From positions 120,001 to 152,000 of the forward strand of contig NZ_DS995298.1 in the NCBI RefSeq assembly GCF_000155895.1: a stretch of DNA of 32,000 bases, in the 5' to 3' direction. Position numbers and translations under genes: made by a program. Source of the DNA: Candidatus Pelagibacter sp. HTCC7211 (GTDB lineage Bacteria; Pseudomonadota; Alphaproteobacteria; Pelagibacterales; Pelagibacteraceae). This document shows, in pieces, positions 28,987-32,000 of the stretch; the stretch's first letter is position 1; every line of letters begins with the position of its first letter. The notes beneath the pieces were generated by a model, which saw only the letters and a program-made list of their open reading frames with translations, was not told the DNA's origin and did no database searches.

Positions 28987-29006
28987 GCGAATTAGCGAAG
29001 GCCAAA

Positions 29007-31328
29007 TTATTGTTTTCTTTTTGAATTTAAATAACCAAAAATAAATAATAATAAAATTGCTATTGGATATATTTTAGTTTTGTTTGGTCTATTAGAATTT
29101 TCTATTTTAAATTCACTAATTAAATCACCCATCTCAAAACCACTTTTCTTAGCTTCTCCATTCCATTTTAAATTATCAACAACAATTTTATCTTTCTCTC
29201 TAACAAGGCTAATTCCATATTGTTCAATATTATATTCTGTTTCAAAAGTATTTTTATTAATAACAAAAAGTTTATATCTTTCTCCGTATGGACTTGGTCT
29301 TGTAATTTTGAATCTAACTTCTTTTGTAGGATCTAATTTTACTGAATTAATTTTATAAATATCTTGATAATTATATTTTGGATAAAATTTATTTAATACA
29401 AATTCAGGTGACAACAAGGAAATAGAAATAATTAAAAAAATAACAATCTCATACCATCTTAATTTATTAATAAACCAACCTTGTGTAGCAGAAGTAAAAA
29501 CTAATATTCCTATTAGAGAGGTTGCAATTACAACTAGTCCATGCCAAATATTCTCTATTCCTATTAATAATAGTTCGTGATTAAATAAAAATACAATTGG
29601 AAGAATTCCTGTTCTTAAACTGTACCAAAATGCTTGTAGGCCAGTTTTTAAAGGATCACCTCCCGATATAGCTGCAGCAGCGTATGAAGCTAAACCTACA
29701 GGTGGAGTAACATCAGCCATTAAACCAAAATAAAATACAAACAAATGAACTGCTATAAGTGGAAAAATAAAACCAGATGCATTTCCTACATCTACCAGAA
29801 CAGTTGCCATTAATGAGGCTACGACTACATAATTTGCTGTAGTAGGCAATCCCATTCCTAAAAGTAGGCATAAAATAATTGTTAAAAATAATAAAATAGT
29901 AACATTATCTTTTGCAATAGACTCTATAACAATAATAAGATTTGTGCTTAAACCTGTGGACCCAACTGCTCCAACAATAATACCTGCTGTTGCGATTGCT
30001 ATTCCAACACCAACCATATTTAACGCACCTTTTTCAAAGCCCACTATTGTTTGATTAAACCACTCTTTAAGAGCTTCCTTAAAATTTGAGTTTTTAAATA
30101 ATAAATAAATTAAATTTACAAATATAAGCGATACAGTTGCATAAAATATTGAATAAGAAGCTGTAAATCTTAGGTAGACCAACATATAAATTAAAACAAA
30201 GATTGGTATTAAAAAATGAATTCCTGATAAAAATGTTTTTTTTAAATTTGGTACATCTGCATCATCCATCCCTTTTAAATTTAATTTTAGAGCCTCAAGA
30301 TGTGAAATATAAAATAATGCAATGTAAGAAATTATTGCTGGTAAAAATGCATGTTTAACAACTTCAAAATATGTAACACCAATAAAACTTGCCATAACAA
30401 ACGCTGCAGCACCCATAACTGGTGGCATAATTTGACCATTTACTGAAGATGAAACTTCTATTGCACCAGCTTTTTCCTCAGAAAAACCAGTTTTTTTCAT
30501 AATAGGAATTGTAAATGTTCCAGTTGTTACTGTGTTTGCAATGGAAGATCCTGAGATTAATCCTGTCATTCCAGAGCCTAAAATTGCGGCTTTTGCGGGT
30601 CCACCTCTCATTTTTCCAACCATAGCAAATGCCAAGTCTAAAAAATATTTACCTCCTCCAGCGGTTTCTAATAATGCACCGAATAGGACAAACAAAAATA
30701 TAAAATCAACCGAAACACCAATAGGAATTCCAAATATAGCCTCTTGATCAAGCCATTGAAATCCAACAAGTCTATTTAATGAAAGACCTCCATGAGAAAT
30801 TATTTCTGGTGCATATCTTCCAAAGTAAGAGAATAATAAAAAACAAATTGCAATAATAACTAATGGCAAACCAATTGCGCGTCTTGTTGCCTCCAATAAA
30901 ATCAATATACCACAACTACCAATGATTAATTCAACGGGTAAATTATAATTTTCATTAATTGAAATATTTAAAAGAACTCCTCCACGATCAACAAGTTGAT
31001 CATAGAAAAAATATATATAAAGACATGAAAAAGCTCCAACGAAGCTTATTATTACATCAATTATGGAAATTTTTTTTCCTTTAGATATTGGATAAATTAA
31101 AAAAGCTAAAGTTAGAGCAAAACCTAAATGTATAGCTCTAGCTGGAAGTCCTTTAAACATTCCAATATTAAACATAAAAGGAAATGGTGAAGCATACCAA
31201 AGCTGAAATAAAGACCAAATAATTGCTATTAAAGCTACAATTTTAAGATGAAGTCCTGTTAAATTTCTTGTTGGAGATAGGTCTTCATTTATCTTACTTT
31301 TTACTTTTTCATTAATGCTTTGACTCAT
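29007..31328 (-). CDS. TRAP transporter fused permease (DctQ-DctM fusion, TAXI-associated) with an extra C-terminal domain
   Basis: 773 aa with many TM segments. Its position immediately downstream of a TAXI-family binding protein supports the call. Residues ~645-752 form a hydrophilic insert before a final TM helix. Confidence 0.88.
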   Translation of the reverse strand: MSQSINEKVKSKINEDLSPTRNLTGLHLKIVALIAIIWSLFQLWYASPFPFMFNIGMFKGLPARAIHLGFALTLAFLIYPISKGKKISIIDVIISFVGAFSCLYIYFFYDQLVDRGGVLLNISINENYNLPVELIIGSCGILILLEATRRAIGLPLVIIAICFLLFSYFGRYAPEIISHGGLSLNRLVGFQWLDQEAIFGIPIGVSVDFIFLFVLFGALLETAGGGKYFLDLAFAMVGKMRGGPAKAAILGSGMTGLISGSSIANTVTTGTFTIPIMKKTGFSEEKAGAIEVSSSVNGQIMPPVMGAAAFVMASFIGVTYFEVVKHAFLPAIISYIALFYISHLEALKLNLKGMDDADVPNLKKTFLSGIHFLIPIFVLIYMLVYLRFTASYSIFYATVSLIFVNLIYLLFKNSNFKEALKEWFNQTIVGFEKGALNMVGVGIAIATAGIIVGAVGSTGLSTNLIIVIESIAKDNVTILLFLTIILCLLLGMGLPTTANYVVVASLMATVLVDVGNASGFIFPLIAVHLFVFYFGLMADVTPPVGLASYAAAAISGGDPLKTGLQAFWYSLRTGILPIVFLFNHELLLIGIENIWHGLVVIATSLIGILVFTSATQGWFINKLRWYEIVIFLIISISLLSPEFVLNKFYPKYNYQDIYKINSVKLDPTKEVRFKITRPSPYGERYKLFVINKNTFETEYNIEQYGISLVREKDKIVVDNLKWNGEAKKSGFEMGDLISEFKIENSNRPNKTKIYPIAILLLFIFGYLNSKRKQ

Positions 31329-31349
31329 TATAAAAAGATACCTTATTAT

Positions 31350-31381
31350 AAAAAAAAGGCCCGATAAAAATCAGGCCTTTT
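31350..31381 (-). terminator. intra-operon hairpin plus U-tract (attenuator or partial terminator) between the binding-protein and permease genes
   Basis: The minus-strand RNA reads GGCCUGA-UUUUUA-UCGGGCC, a 7-bp stem including one G-U pair, followed by U8. On the plus strand the same stem has a C-A mismatch, which favours the minus orientation. Confidence 0.5.
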
Positions 31382-31401
31382 AATTTAATTAAGTAATTGG
31401 A

Positions 31402-32000
31402 TTACATTAATCCAGCTTCTTTGTAATATCTAACTGCACCTTCGTGAAGTGGAGCTGATAAACCATCTGCAATCATATCTTCTTTTTTAAGTGAAGAGAA
31501 AGCAGGATGTTGTTTTCTGAAATCATCAAAGTTTTCGAATACTGCTTTAACAACTAAATAAACAAGATCAGACTCAACCATATTACTAGTTACTACAGTA
31601 GCTTTAACACCAAAAGTAGTAGCATCTTTTTTTTGTCCTGTATAAGTTCCAGCAGGTATTACTGCTTTAGCATAATAATCTGCACCATCAATTAAACCCT
31701 GAACTTCTGATCCAGTTAAGTTAATTGGAGAAGCTTTTGCTGCACAAGTTGCTGCTTGTTCCATAGCTCCATTTGGAAATCCTACAGAATAACCAAAAGC
31801 ATCTATCTTACCATCGCACAATGCTTTAACTTGCTCAGATGAAGTTAATTCAGTTGTTGATTTAAAGAAACTATTATCAACACCTTTTGCTTTCATAAGC
31901 TCTTCCATAGTTCCTCTTTGTCCTGAACCAGGGTTACCAATATTTACAACTTTTCCTTTTAAGCCAGCAAAATCTTTGATTTTAGCTTTTTTTCTTGCCC
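31402..32000 (-). CDS. TRAP transporter solute-binding protein, TAXI family (C-terminal ~199 aa; the N-terminus lies beyond the right edge)
   Basis: The frame stays open from 31908 to the window edge (..KIKDFAGLKGKVVNIGNPGSGQRGTMEELMKAKGV..), so the track's Met is internal. NIGNPGSGQRGT and the C-terminal LHEGAVRYYKEAGL are typical TAXI motifs. Confidence 0.85.
   Translation of the reverse strand, partial: ARKKAKIKDFAGLKGKVVNIGNPGSGQRGTMEELMKAKGVDNSFFKSTTELTSSEQVKALCDGKIDAFGYSVGFPNGAMEQAATCAAKASPINLTGSEVQGLIDGADYYAKAVIPAGTYTGQKKDATTFGVKATVVTSNMVESDLVYLVVKAVFENFDDFRKQHPAFSSLKKEDMIADGLSAPLHEGAVRYYKEAGLM

Noticed and set aside
23091-30747. Other short antisense ORFs: 23091-23279, 24093-24341, 25672-25863, 27941-28147, 29080-29358 and 30532-30747
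   Set aside because: Each lies wholly within, and antisense to, a confidently assigned gene (the dioxygenase, aceF, aceE or the TRAP permease). They are treated as frame shadows.
1-32000. Search for a CRISPR array, IS element or transposase, integrase, prophage genes, toxin-antitoxin pairs or a known or novel defence operon
   Set aside because: None seen. Every ORF longer than 100 aa on the coding strand has a confident housekeeping or metabolic assignment. There are no tandem repeat-spacer patterns, no terminal inverted repeats, and no unexplained multi-gene block. I do not want to invent a novel system where the sequence shows ordinary core genes.

Overview
Very AT-rich, extremely gene-dense bacterial DNA. 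Most intergenic gaps are 0-50 nt and several genes overlap. Gene content and packing fit a streamlined marine alphaproteobacterium of the SAR11/Pelagibacter type; that assignment is an inference I cannot confirm without a database search. Left to right: (1) the right edge of a still more AT-rich surface-glycan cluster at 1-4635, holding a partial glycosyltransferase, rmlB/rmlA-type genes, a short SDR reductase, an RfbH/ColD-like sugar 3-dehydratase and an RmlC-like epimerase; (2) a head-to-tail minus-strand string of GT4 glycosyltransferase-thrS-infC-rpmI-rplT-pheS-pheT-lepA; (3) an alpha/beta hydrolase; (4) gltD-gltB glutamate synthase; (5) uppP; (6) a DMT/EamA transporter; (7) a gamma-butyrobetaine-hydroxylase-family dioxygenase; (8) aceE-aceF pyruvate dehydrogenase; (9) tRNA-Arg(ACG); (10) a hotdog thioesterase; (11) a TAXI-type TRAP transporter whose binding-protein gene runs off the right edge. 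I saw no CRISPR array, IS element, integrase, prophage or recognisable defence system, so most of the window is ordinary core genome. The items most worth a second look are a lipoyl domain fused to the N-terminus of the homodimeric-type E1 (AceE), and a possible dTDP-linked 3,6-dideoxyhexose cassette built around a His-for-Lys DegT-fold dehydratase. Lesser items are a GC-containing palindrome upstream of gltDB, a zinc-site-less BBOX-like dioxygenase, an extra C-terminal domain on the TRAP permease, and a 32-codon hydrophobic ORF. All functional calls rest on motif recognition by eye and need HMM/BLAST confirmation.
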